A stretch of DNA of 64,000 bases, taken from an uncultured virus (IMG/VR IMGVR_UViG_3300020727_000009). Taxonomy: Duplodnaviria > Heunggongvirae > Uroviricota > Caudoviricetes. The stretch lies in the IMG/VR virus record IMGVR_UViG_3300020727_000009, positions 1-64,000 of that record, one strand, 5' to 3'. The notes beneath the pieces were generated by a model that had not been told where the DNA came from, made no database searches, and saw only the letters and a program-made list of their open reading frames with translations. The position numbers and the translations under genes are program-made. This document shows positions 35,800-45,203 of this stretch, in pieces; position 1 is the first letter of the stretch, and each line of letters begins with the position of its first letter.

Positions 35800-36413
35800 C
35801 CAGTAACTTCTCTAACAATAGCCCTAAGAGCGCCCCTACATCTGTATTTAAAAAACACCATGTACACGAGGTAGCTACTAGCTTAACAGAGTCTAAAACA
35901 ATTGCAGCCAACTTTGCTGAGAACCATAGGTATCAACACAGGGCTATTGTGACTCTCTTTCCCGATCCTACATTAAAACTTTTTGACCCTATTTACTTAG
36001 ATGGCCTTCCTAATAACATGTCCGGATACTGGACTGTATTATCTATTACACATAGTTTTGGTGGAACTACGGCTAACTATATTATGGAGATAGAAGTAGG
36101 TACAGATGTTATTGGGGAAGTAGATCCTGATGCGGCAACAAGAGCCCAACAACGGGATATCCAAGGCGACCTATCTGGACAATCTTTGAGTTCCTCAGGG
36201 GCGGCATTGTCTCAATATAACACCAGTCCTAACTTAAACTCTTTGAGTCCTCAAACAACAGCCGTACCAAACAGCGCTGTAGTTTCTCAGTCGCCTACCG
36301 CAGTCCCCGCTGTTGCAGGGGTAAGCCCTAACGCTACAAGGGCACCGAATAACAGCAATGTTAAAAGGACGGTACAATGGTCGTCTAAAACTAACAGTAA
36401 GGTTGTGAAGTGA
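35796..36413 (+). CDS. Baseplate hub, C-terminal part as a separate ORF
   Basis: DPTL...IYLDGL....SGYWTVLSITHSF resembles the last barrel of gpD-type hubs. Confidence 0.65.
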   Translation: MTSNFSNNSPKSAPTSVFKKHHVHEVATSLTESKTIAANFAENHRYQHRAIVTLFPDPTLKLFDPIYLDGLPNNMSGYWTVLSITHSFGGTTANYIMEIEVGTDVIGEVDPDAATRAQQRDIQGDLSGQSLSSSGAALSQYNTSPNLNSLSPQTTAVPNSAVVSQSPTAVPAVAGVSPNATRAPNNSNVKRTVQWSSKTNSKVVK

Positions 36414-37045
36414 TGGCGCTACCAAACGAGACAGACTATGGTATGGATTTCATGGGTAGGACACGGTTTTACGGTATCTACTCTGCCAAGGTAATTAATA
36501 ACCAAGACCCTACCGGAAGAAACCGAATTCAAGTTCAAATCCCACAACCAACCGGCGGGGAAGTAACTAACTGGGCTTTGGCATGTCTTCCTATTACTGA
36601 TAACTCATATCACCCGGACCATAACCCGCATACAGCTAGCCAGATTGCAGCACTTCTTACAACCTCCACATCTAGTGCATCAGGCTCGGATCCTCAAGGC
36701 GGTACGGTAACGGTCAGCATTCCAGCTCTTACGGTAGTTGCAAAAGATGCTACCAAACAGCTTAACCATGCCCATCAAACTACCCACCCAATGTACAAAG
36801 CAAGCACTAGCGTAGTTTCATCATCTCCATACTCTAACGCTAGTTCTACGGACGCTAAAGAAATAAGTACCTATACTTCTGCTAGTGGGATATCTGCACC
36901 GGGCACCGTAGCCGGCACAGCACCTAGCCCAAACAGCCCTGAGCATACCTTCCACCGTTCTGTACCTGAAGTGGGTCAGCTGGTGTGGGTTATGTTTGTT
37001 GCGGGAGATCCTGAATACCCAGTATGGATTGGAGTACAGTCATGA
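36410..37045 (+). CDS. Baseplate spike (gpV/gp5 OB-fold) with a large insertion
   Basis: FYGIYSAKVINNQDP.G..RIQVQIP...WA and VPEVGQLVWVMF.AGDP.YPVWIG motifs. Confidence 0.85.
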   Translation: MMALPNETDYGMDFMGRTRFYGIYSAKVINNQDPTGRNRIQVQIPQPTGGEVTNWALACLPITDNSYHPDHNPHTASQIAALLTTSTSSASGSDPQGGTVTVSIPALTVVAKDATKQLNHAHQTTHPMYKASTSVVSSSPYSNASSTDAKEISTYTSASGISAPGTVAGTAPSPNSPEHTFHRSVPEVGQLVWVMFVAGDPEYPVWIGVQS

Positions 37046-37434
37046 CAGCAGCTTTAAGCTACCCTTACAGTGTTGATCCAAACACTGGAGTAGTAAACCA
37101 GGCCCAAAGCCTAGTTAAAATTTATCTGGATAGGATTCTTACCCTATTAAGTACCAACATTGGTCAACGACCTATGCTGCCTAACTACGGGGTCAACTGG
37201 GCATCCGCCTTGTTTGAAAACGATAATGATGCTAAACTTGCTATTCCACAAGCCATCAAGACAGCCATCAAGACCTGGTTGCCAGATATCAAAGATGTTA
37301 CGGTCACTACCTCCGGGGTAGACTATCAAGGAGTAGATACTGTGTCTATAAGTATTGTGCTTCCTAACGACGACATTGCCTCTTTAACCGCTAACCTTGC
37401 TACCTTCAACTACTACGGACCAACGGGAATCTGA
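37042..37434 (+). CDS. Baseplate wedge gp25/gpW-like
   Basis: LLSTNIGQRPMLPNYG and AIKTWLP motifs. Confidence 0.9.
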   Translation: MTAALSYPYSVDPNTGVVNQAQSLVKIYLDRILTLLSTNIGQRPMLPNYGVNWASALFENDNDAKLAIPQAIKTAIKTWLPDIKDVTVTTSGVDYQGVDTVSISIVLPNDDIASLTANLATFNYYGPTGI

Positions 37435-37436
37435 TC

Positions 37437-39275
37437 ATGACTCAAATTGACTACACCTCCAGAGACTTTAATGCTTTAAAGTCGGACCTTATTAACCTGA
37501 TCTCTACCGCTACCGGTACTCAGTGGAACCCTACAGATTACTCAGATTTGGGTAACGTCTTGGTTGAAACCTTTGCTTACATGGGTGACATCATGTCACA
37601 CTACCTTGACCGAGCAGCTAATGAAACATCCATTCAAACAGCTATTCAAACACAGAGTCTTTTAAACCTTGCTACCCTTTACGACTACCACCCAAGTGGT
37701 CCGGTACCTGCAACGGTATCTGTAACCTTTACTAACACAAGTACCAACACAGTTACGCTTCCGGTTGGAACTCAGGTCATTGCCCCACTTACATACGGTC
37801 CCTATTCTTTGGCGTACTTTGAAACAACTCAAGCAGCTACAGCAGTTCAGCCTGGCGCTCAAGTTACAGTAACAGCTACTGAAGGAAAGACAGTAAACAC
37901 TGACCGTCCTGACTTGATTGACAGCACATATAACCAGGCACTTCCTCTAAGCTTGGGCACTTCTGATGGAAGTGCTAACCAGTCCTATACAATTATTGAT
38001 CTTGGTGTGATTGACAGTTCTATCTACGTGTACGTAGGACAGGGCGTTGCTTTTAATACTTGGACATACTTAGACAACCTATTAGAATCAGGACCTAAGG
38101 ACACAGTATTTACTACTGTTAGGAATGCTGACGGAACCCTTAACATTCAGTTTGGTGATGGAGTTAATGGCGCAGTACCTTTGTCTGGACAACTTATCAG
38201 CTCCCTATATAGGAATAGCGTAGGTTCTTCTGGAAACGTTTTGGCTGGAGCTATTGCAGAAATTTCTTTTGTTCCTGGAAACGTTGACCCACAGGTCTCT
38301 ACATACTTTACTGTTACTAACTCTCTTACAGCATCTGGCGGTGCTGATGGGGATAGCATCACACAGATTAGAACAAAAGTACAAGCGACTATCAGGTCTA
38401 GAAATAGGGCTGTGACTTTAGATGACTATGGAAACATTGCTCTAAAGGCTTTTGGTGTAGGAAAGGCGGCTGCAACTGCAAACGTCTTTACATCAGTCAA
38501 CCTTTATGTGCAGCCAATCTCTGCGGGATCTACCTCACCAACCCCGGGCCTTCCTTCGGCAGTAATTACCGATGTCGGAACATCTGGCAGCGGTGGAACA
38601 GGATCTCTTGTTTCATATACAACTAAGTCTGCCCACAACTTTGCAACTGGAGATCTAGTAAACATCTCTGGAATTCGTCCGTACACTTACAACTTACAAG
38701 GCCAGGCTATTACAGTTACTGGAACAAATACTTTTACTATTGCCAGTACTGTAACAGGAACGTTAACCACAGGAGGACTGGATCCTTTTGTTTCAGGAAC
38801 TGTAGTTAACCTAACACCTACTAGTGCTTGGGGATCTGTATCGGGCACTTCCTTATCTAATTCTTTAAAGTCAACTGTAGCTAGCTATATGGCTGACAAG
38901 ATTATGTTAGGAACCACACTTACTATTCTTCCACCAGTTTATGCACCTGTTTATCTAACCTTAACCGTAAAAGTAAACCCTGCGTATAAAAACTCGGATG
39001 TTGTCTTAGGTATCTACCAGGCTATTCTTGGAGCAGGTGGTTTATTTGAATATAACAATAATACGTTTGGCGCAAGCATCCCCGTGTCCCAGCTTATTAG
39101 CACACTGCAGGCTGTAAACGGAGTAGTGTCGGTAGTACCAACTCAATTTAGCACAGACGGCTCTACCCCATCTGCGGGAGTTCTACCAAGCGACTTGTCT
39201 TTGGCAGCAAATCAGATTCCGTTCTTAACGGCTACAAACCTAGTTATTAACGCCAGTGGCGGTATTACATCCTAA
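37437..39275 (+). CDS. Baseplate J / gp6-like wedge protein
   Basis: DYTSRDF, IQFGDGVNG, GGADG and RAVTLDDY motifs. Confidence 0.92.
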   Translation: MTQIDYTSRDFNALKSDLINLISTATGTQWNPTDYSDLGNVLVETFAYMGDIMSHYLDRAANETSIQTAIQTQSLLNLATLYDYHPSGPVPATVSVTFTNTSTNTVTLPVGTQVIAPLTYGPYSLAYFETTQAATAVQPGAQVTVTATEGKTVNTDRPDLIDSTYNQALPLSLGTSDGSANQSYTIIDLGVIDSSIYVYVGQGVAFNTWTYLDNLLESGPKDTVFTTVRNADGTLNIQFGDGVNGAVPLSGQLISSLYRNSVGSSGNVLAGAIAEISFVPGNVDPQVSTYFTVTNSLTASGGADGDSITQIRTKVQATIRSRNRAVTLDDYGNIALKAFGVGKAAATANVFTSVNLYVQPISAGSTSPTPGLPSAVITDVGTSGSGGTGSLVSYTTKSAHNFATGDLVNISGIRPYTYNLQGQAITVTGTNTFTIASTVTGTLTTGGLDPFVSGTVVNLTPTSAWGSVSGTSLSNSLKSTVASYMADKIMLGTTLTILPPVYAPVYLTLTVKVNPAYKNSDVVLGIYQAILGAGGLFEYNNNTFGASIPVSQLISTLQAVNGVVSVVPTQFSTDGSTPSAGVLPSDLSLAANQIPFLTATNLVINASGGITS

Positions 39276-39286
39276 GGAGGCAGTAA

Positions 39287-42200
39287 ATGGCTAAGTATAA
39301 TACCTCGATATATAACTCAGGGTTTAAGTACGGCACAGCGTCTAACACAACAGCGTACTACAATGCTAATGTAGTTGCTACGGCTACCACATACGGAACT
39401 GTATCGGTTAGTTGGACCACCATTACATGGCCGTCTTCTGACTCTGCACCTACATACTGGATGCTAGTTAAAAGCTACACCAGTACTCTTGATAACCCTA
39501 ATGATGGTATCAGGCTTGCTGGCGGACCTTACTCATCTAGTGGTGTTACTTATACAGGCTATGGCTCAAACTATATAGACATTAACTATGACTCTGTTGG
39601 AAAAGAAGCAAGCTACTCTATTTGGGTTTTTGATGGGTCTATCTGGCACTTCTGCGGAGACAGCTATGCAAAAATTGTAGAAGATAAAGAGTCACTAATT
39701 CAAATCTCTTCTTGGCTTCCAAGGGTTTGGTTTAACGATGCTGAGTCTCTAGATCAGACAGGCGTACCAAATTCTGGTAATACTGGAGATACCAACGCTA
39801 CCTTTTATAAAGTAATGCAGCAGTTTGCCTTTATGTACGACCTGTTTAGAACTGAAGGCGAGCTTTTAGCCAAATCTAATAACTTTGCCTACACACCAAA
39901 TGCATTCCTATACCCTAAGATCTTAGACTTTGGATTTACCTACCAACCATCTTTGGGAGATAGCTACCATAGATCATTGGCATCTGCAGGAAACGTCATC
40001 TCTTCATACAAAGGTCAACCTCTTGGACTTAAGAACTATACGGTTTCATCTACCCACCTAGAGAACACCGTTACTACAGGCCTTAACCTAATGTTAACCT
40101 ATAACGATTCTTCTTTTGAAGAATCTCTTGGGGCTTGGAACGTAAGCAGCGGAACTTTTACGCAGAACACTTATACCAAGGATATTAACGGAAACTATAC
40201 CGGGACTTTCCCCGCTACTCTGTACCCAACAACTATGGTTTATGACACTGCGTTTCTTCCTAGAAGCGTAGGCTATGCCAAGCTTGCCACTGCTGCAACA
40301 ACTGCTATAACCATGTCGTTGCCATCTTCGGCAGCAGACATCACCACCTACGGTATTCCCGTAGATGCCGGTACTAACTATATCTTTAGTGGATATATCA
40401 CACATCAGACTGGTGGGGTTTCAGCAACCACCACCGCCCAGATTGCTTGGTACACCTACACAGGTTTGTATATCAGCACTACCGCTGCCGGCCCTACCAC
40501 AACCTCTTCAACTGCGTGGCAAAGATTCAGTACGTATGCTGGATTGGTAGGAAGCACCGCACCTATTAACGCATCGTTTGCTAAGATCATTCTTACAATA
40601 ACCCCATCAGCAGCCACTGCAACCAACTACGCTTTTGATTACTTCCAACTTAAGGTAGCTAACCAGTCGCTTTACTTTGAAGACTCAAGGACTATTCACG
40701 TCGGTATTAAGGGTGAGGGTGAGAACTACCTTCCTAACCCAGACTTTGAAAGCCCTGCTTCTTCAGTTACATTAGTCTCTACAGGAAGCTTGCACTCTTG
40801 GGCAGGTTTAAATGGAACTCTTGCACTAGATACTACAAACGTAGTCCACGGAACTTATTCAGCTAAACTGACATCTACGGCTAACGCAAGTAGCAGCGTA
40901 TATGTAGGCTATGTAACTGATTGGGTTCCTGTTGATCCTGGAACTTTGTTTACCTTTAGTGCTTACATAACCGCAGGCACCTCTCAACCTGCCTATGTTC
41001 AGATTGAATTTTCTAATCAACCTAGCTACCAAACTTCAAGCAATGGTAACTCAATTATTCCAGTAAGTACTGGAACTATTTACTCTGACGCTAATGGTCA
41101 GTACTACCCAACTACTGTGTATACCCAAACAAATAATGCCACCATTGGTACAACTACTACGCAGCTTGGTGTAACAGCTATTGCTCCGCAGTATGACCAA
41201 GATTCAGGCATGCCGTTAGCTAAGTGTTCTGTGTACTTCCCTAACGCAACTACCGGCCAAACGTTCTGGGTAGACGCAGCAATGTTAGAACCGTCTTCTA
41301 CAGTTAACAACTATTACTCTGGAAACGGCGGAGTTACTCCAACAGATCCAACCGAAGCCCCTTACCACAATATCAACAACTGTCTTTGGGAGACTAAGGT
41401 TATCTCTAACTTTATGTCCAACAGTTCGTTTGAAACAGACACGTCAGATTGGTCTGCTGGTACCGGAACAACCATTACAAAAAGTTCTAGTGACAACGGC
41501 TACACATTGGCTTATGACGGAACATCTTGGGGTAAGGTAACTTACACCACTCTTGGAACAATTACGGGAACCTATTATCTTCCTGGAGCAGCTTTGGGTG
41601 GAGAAGACGTTGTAATCTCTGCTTACGTCCGTGGACCTGCAGGTGTCGCTTACACATACACTATTGGCTCAAGCACATTTACTGTACCTGCTGCACAGTC
41701 GTCTAACTGGACTAGGATCAGCACCGTGCAAACATTGGCGGCTGGCGCAACTGCACCAACCTTTACAATAACAGGAACAGGTAACACATACTTCCACATT
41801 GACGCTGTTCAGGTGGAATACGGCCGGGTACCTAATCAATTCTTGGTTACCTCAAGCCCTACGGTCTCTGTACCTAACCCGCTAAACACGGCAAAGACAA
41901 TTTGGTCTGCAAGACGAGCCAGCATTGGTAGTGGAAAAGGAAGTTACTTCTATAACTACAGTGTTAAAGCATCTCGTCTTAAGAACAGTCTTGGTTCTTT
42001 AGTTGCCTTAGGTAACTCATGGAGGATTGACTCTGGAGTTAGTACCCCTGGCTATTCTGATCTAACTTCGTCACTTGTACCTAACTCTTCTTTTGAATCA
42101 AGCTTAGGTAACTGGAGCGGAGTAACTGCAACTCTTACTCGACAAGTATCTAGAGGTATGTTGTTTGGTGATAACGTTTCTCATGGACAAGCATACGCAA

Positions 42201-42580
42201 GAGTGTTAAGCGCCGGTACCGGATCTAGTTTTGGTATTACAACTGGAAACGTTTATATTCCAGGTAACACAAAACTTTATCTAGCTGTAGCAGTACGACC
42301 AGAGACTGCAGCTGTCGGAACGTTTACTCTTACAACTACTTTTTACAATGCTGCGGGAACTGCGATATGGACTGCAACTACAGGTTCTCCAACTAACACA
42401 CCTGTTACTGCAACGGTTACTCAAACAAACCGTTGGGCATACTTAGGAACTACGTTCTACACATCTAACTTAGTGGGCGCAGCTTATGCAGTTATAAGTG
42501 TAACGTGTACTCCAACAGGAGGCAACAGCAACACTGTTGCGTTCGGAATTGACAGGGTGGTTCTTCGCCCCGTATACTAA
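39287..42580 (+). CDS. Large baseplate/tail protein with repeated carbohydrate-binding-like modules
   Basis: YKG...GL wedge-like motif followed by four N(x)xxFE...W modules (CBM4/9-like). Confidence 0.7.
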   Translation: MAKYNTSIYNSGFKYGTASNTTAYYNANVVATATTYGTVSVSWTTITWPSSDSAPTYWMLVKSYTSTLDNPNDGIRLAGGPYSSSGVTYTGYGSNYIDINYDSVGKEASYSIWVFDGSIWHFCGDSYAKIVEDKESLIQISSWLPRVWFNDAESLDQTGVPNSGNTGDTNATFYKVMQQFAFMYDLFRTEGELLAKSNNFAYTPNAFLYPKILDFGFTYQPSLGDSYHRSLASAGNVISSYKGQPLGLKNYTVSSTHLENTVTTGLNLMLTYNDSSFEESLGAWNVSSGTFTQNTYTKDINGNYTGTFPATLYPTTMVYDTAFLPRSVGYAKLATAATTAITMSLPSSAADITTYGIPVDAGTNYIFSGYITHQTGGVSATTTAQIAWYTYTGLYISTTAAGPTTTSSTAWQRFSTYAGLVGSTAPINASFAKIILTITPSAATATNYAFDYFQLKVANQSLYFEDSRTIHVGIKGEGENYLPNPDFESPASSVTLVSTGSLHSWAGLNGTLALDTTNVVHGTYSAKLTSTANASSSVYVGYVTDWVPVDPGTLFTFSAYITAGTSQPAYVQIEFSNQPSYQTSSNGNSIIPVSTGTIYSDANGQYYPTTVYTQTNNATIGTTTTQLGVTAIAPQYDQDSGMPLAKCSVYFPNATTGQTFWVDAAMLEPSSTVNNYYSGNGGVTPTDPTEAPYHNINNCLWETKVISNFMSNSSFETDTSDWSAGTGTTITKSSSDNGYTLAYDGTSWGKVTYTTLGTITGTYYLPGAALGGEDVVISAYVRGPAGVAYTYTIGSSTFTVPAAQSSNWTRISTVQTLAAGATAPTFTITGTGNTYFHIDAVQVEYGRVPNQFLVTSSPTVSVPNPLNTAKTIWSARRASIGSGKGSYFYNYSVKASRLKNSLGSLVALGNSWRIDSGVSTPGYSDLTSSLVPNSSFESSLGNWSGVTATLTRQVSRGMLFGDNVSHGQAYARVLSAGTGSSFGITTGNVYIPGNTKLYLAVAVRPETAAVGTFTLTTTFYNAAGTAIWTATTGSPTNTPVTATVTQTNRWAYLGTTFYTSNLVGAAYAVISVTCTPTGGNSNTVAFGIDRVVLRPVY
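42549..42578 (+). promoter_or_regulatory. Consensus SigA promoter for a leaderless gene
   Basis: TTGACA-N18-TATACT-N6-ATG(42585). Confidence 0.75.
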
Positions 42581-42584
42581 TGCC

Positions 42585-42860
42585 ATGACACTAGTAATTA
42601 TCTCGGGACTTGCCACAGCATGTTTACTAACGGCTGTGGAGGGATTGTTAATCAATCTCGGTAAGTGGAGGGGCTTAACAGCTCTTGTACTTTCTACTTT
42701 GTTTTGTCTAAACTTAGATACACGGACAAAATATTTATTCGTCTACTCCTTAGCCTCCACATTCGTGGGGCTCACTTTGTCATACCTTGTCGAGCAACTT
42801 TTTACGGGAGTGAATCCTAGAACGGCTCGCGGTTTGCCAAACCGTATACCTAGGCGGTAA
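42585..42860 (+). CDS. Small membrane protein with about three TM segments
   Basis: Hydrophobic ORF; start revised to ATG 42585. Confidence 0.7.
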   Translation: MTLVIISGLATACLLTAVEGLLINLGKWRGLTALVLSTLFCLNLDTRTKYLFVYSLASTFVGLTLSYLVEQLFTGVNPRTARGLPNRIPRR

Positions 42861-42872
42861 ACTATAACCAGG
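42834..42872 (+). promoter_or_regulatory. Promoter, class A, for the replication operon
   Basis: TTGCCA-N18-TAAACT-ATAACCAGG. Confidence 0.7.
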
Positions 42873-42880
42873 AGGGTAAT

Positions 42881-43813
42881 ATGTTAAAACCAATTTCAAA
42901 TCCTAAGCTTTCGCTTAGGGCTAAAGCTTTGTTCTACCATTTTGCGGAAAAGGGTAGAGTAATTTCAGCAGATGAACTCAGGGCAAGTCAAGACGTCATG
43001 GAAGGCCGTGACGCTCTTCAGGCTGCCATCAACGAACTCAAGGACTTTAGGTACATCAAGACTGTCCGGGTACGGAACAACAACCAGTGGGTATCTCAAC
43101 TTAAGTTCACGGACGAGGCTGTAAAGCTCATGTCTCTGAATAACGGGTTTTCAGGGCACCTGTATATAGACAACTATGCAACTACTAGTGATATAACTAC
43201 TAGTACTAACATAGATACAGTTACTAACGTAACTGTATCTATTGAGGCGCAAGCGCCTCTTAAGGAGGAAACAGTGGCGTGGAATCTTGATGGGGAAGAA
43301 GAAACCCCGCTAACCAAGAGCCAACTTCGTCGCCTAGAGGCTATGAAGGGCGATGATGTTGTTGGATCTGTAGGAAAGCTTGAAGACCGTCAGACTCGTC
43401 TGAACGCAAAATACAAGAAGCCAGTCAAAGCCCAACGTTACGGCAAGGACAGGATCAACACTCCAGAGGAGCTTTGGTCCACTAGCGATCTTGTTTCAGA
43501 GTTTTACGACCTCTCAGACAAAGCCAATCACGGAATGTCCGATCAGGTTAACAGCCAGACTCTCAGCACATGGATCAACAAGAAGGTTGGCGAAGGCACT
43601 GAGCGTGTAGTTATCCTAAAGGGCATCCGAATGTTCTTTGCAGATCCTCGCAACTTACACGATGTAGGAAGCGGCAAGCCTTTGTGGCAGAGGTTCTTTG
43701 CTTACTACCAAACAACCCAAGCACAGATTAAAGGAACTACTAAGAAGGTTTACGTAGATGAAGACTTCTTAGCCCAGCAAGAAAAGATGATGCAACTACT
43801 AGAGGGGGAGTAA
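42881..43813 (+). CDS. Replication initiator (N-terminal winged HTH)
   Basis: NPKLSLRAKAL...GRDALQAAINELKDFRYI; precedes a DnaC-like gene; low-complexity linker carries DNA repeats. Confidence 0.75.
   Translation: MLKPISNPKLSLRAKALFYHFAEKGRVISADELRASQDVMEGRDALQAAINELKDFRYIKTVRVRNNNQWVSQLKFTDEAVKLMSLNNGFSGHLYIDNYATTSDITTSTNIDTVTNVTVSIEAQAPLKEETVAWNLDGEEETPLTKSQLRRLEAMKGDDVVGSVGKLEDRQTRLNAKYKKPVKAQRYGKDRINTPEELWSTSDLVSEFYDLSDKANHGMSDQVNSQTLSTWINKKVGEGTERVVILKGIRMFFADPRNLHDVGSGKPLWQRFFAYYQTTQAQIKGTTKKVYVDEDFLAQQEKMMQLLEGE
43180..43259. repeat. Direct and inverted repeats inside the initiator gene (candidate origin)
   Basis: AACTACTAGT twice; ATAGATACAGTTAC-taac-GTAACTGTATCTAT; GAGGCGC-aa-GCGCCTC. 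Confidence 0.7.
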
Positions 43814-44488
43814 ATGTTTGATATCACCAAAGAGTCTCCAACAATCCAGAAGCAGATTCTCAACTCCGGAGTCCCACTAAAGTCAATCGGCAAAGAGTTC
43901 TCAGATCTAGACCAGACAGCAGAAGTTTTGGCCGTCAAGAAATGGGTGGACAGTGTTCTAGCTGGAGAGGTCATTAAAAAGGTTGGGAGCCCTAAATGCG
44001 GCCTTGGTGTACTGCTAGTAGGGGAACCAGGTCACGGGAAGACTACGCTGGCTTCTACGGCCCTTCAAAGCCTTATTAGGGGTATCTCAGGAGAGACACT
44101 AGGAACTCCAGGAAAGCTTCCAAAGCGTGTAGGGGTCTTTATGGACTATCCAAAGCTTCTACGGCTTCAGAAGTCTCAGTTTGACGAAATGGACGAAAAT
44201 GTCCAACTTAAGCTTGATAGCATCTACGGAGACGCTGACAAGTCCAACAACGTTCCAGTCTTTGTACTGGACGACCTAGGCAAGGAATATCGCACAGGCT
44301 CTAAGTGGTCAGAGAATCAGTTTGATGCTCTGCTACGTTCCAGATACAACGCAGGTCTACCAACGATTGTTACGACAAACGTTCCTCTCAAGGATTGGTA
44401 CATCTACGGAGAATCTATGGAGAGTTTTGCCCGTGAAGCTTTTATGAATCTTGCGATAATTGCACCTAAGGGGGACCGACGTAAATGA
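43814..44488 (+). CDS. DnaC/IstB-like ATPase (helicase loader)
   Basis: GEPGHGKT, VLDDLGKE, R.RY and PTIVTTN motifs. Confidence 0.9.
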   Translation: MFDITKESPTIQKQILNSGVPLKSIGKEFSDLDQTAEVLAVKKWVDSVLAGEVIKKVGSPKCGLGVLLVGEPGHGKTTLASTALQSLIRGISGETLGTPGKLPKRVGVFMDYPKLLRLQKSQFDEMDENVQLKLDSIYGDADKSNNVPVFVLDDLGKEYRTGSKWSENQFDALLRSRYNAGLPTIVTTNVPLKDWYIYGESMESFAREAFMNLAIIAPKGDRRK

Positions 44489-44784
44489 AGGATATGACTA
44501 TGAAAGAATGGCAGGCAACGCAGATCTTTTTGTCCGACACCGGAGTTCACAGCGTAGAGATTAACCTAGATACTGCTCGCCTTCGTTGCGACTGTCCCGG
44601 CCACTCTTCTAGAACTCGTTGTAAGCATACCTCGTTTGTCCAAAAAAAGATGTTAGCAAACAATGGTATCTATCCGGTAGAAGTTTCTAACAAAGCTTCT
44701 AGGGAAGAGTCGTCTATTGCAAAAGAAGATCCTGAAAACTTTAGACAGTTTCTTGTAAAGTATGGTCGGGTAGAGGTTCTCTAG
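44485..44784 (+). CDS. SWIM zinc-finger protein
   Basis: CDC...CKH. Confidence 0.8.
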   Translation: MKDMTMKEWQATQIFLSDTGVHSVEINLDTARLRCDCPGHSSRTRCKHTSFVQKKMLANNGIYPVEVSNKASREESSIAKEDPENFRQFLVKYGRVEVL

Positions 44785-44786
44785 AT

Positions 44787-45203
44787 ATGCGTGGGGGCGA
44801 CATATCAAATGAAATTCCCCAAAGAGTCCTAGTTACTCTTGACTGCATTATAGATCGCCGCCCCTCTTTGAAAAAAGTATTGGGGTTAATGGTTGCAGAA
44901 GAAGAGGTTACATATAACCGCTTAGCTCTGGCCACGTTTTGGAGATTCAAAGATAGTTACGAGTATACGTTAGAGCTTGTTGGCTTTGAGTATAGTCAGA
45001 AAGAAATGGATGAGGTGCTTGAGGACCTAGATAACCTAGGAACTAATCCATTTAATTATGCCAGTGCGTATAACGTTGTGGCAGACCTTGTGGCAGAATT
45101 ACCTTACAGGCCAGAAGTAAAGCATGTGATTGATATACCCGAACGTGGGTTACGTTATGGGCACTGGTATATGGACTTGGGGGCAAACAATGGCGGCAGA
45201 TAA
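44787..45203 (+). CDS. Hypothetical protein (possibly degenerate HAD-like)
   Basis: ORF within the replication operon. Confidence 0.6.
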   Translation: MRGGDISNEIPQRVLVTLDCIIDRRPSLKKVLGLMVAEEEVTYNRLALATFWRFKDSYEYTLELVGFEYSQKEMDEVLEDLDNLGTNPFNYASAYNVVADLVAELPYRPEVKHVIDIPERGLRYGHWYMDLGANNGGR

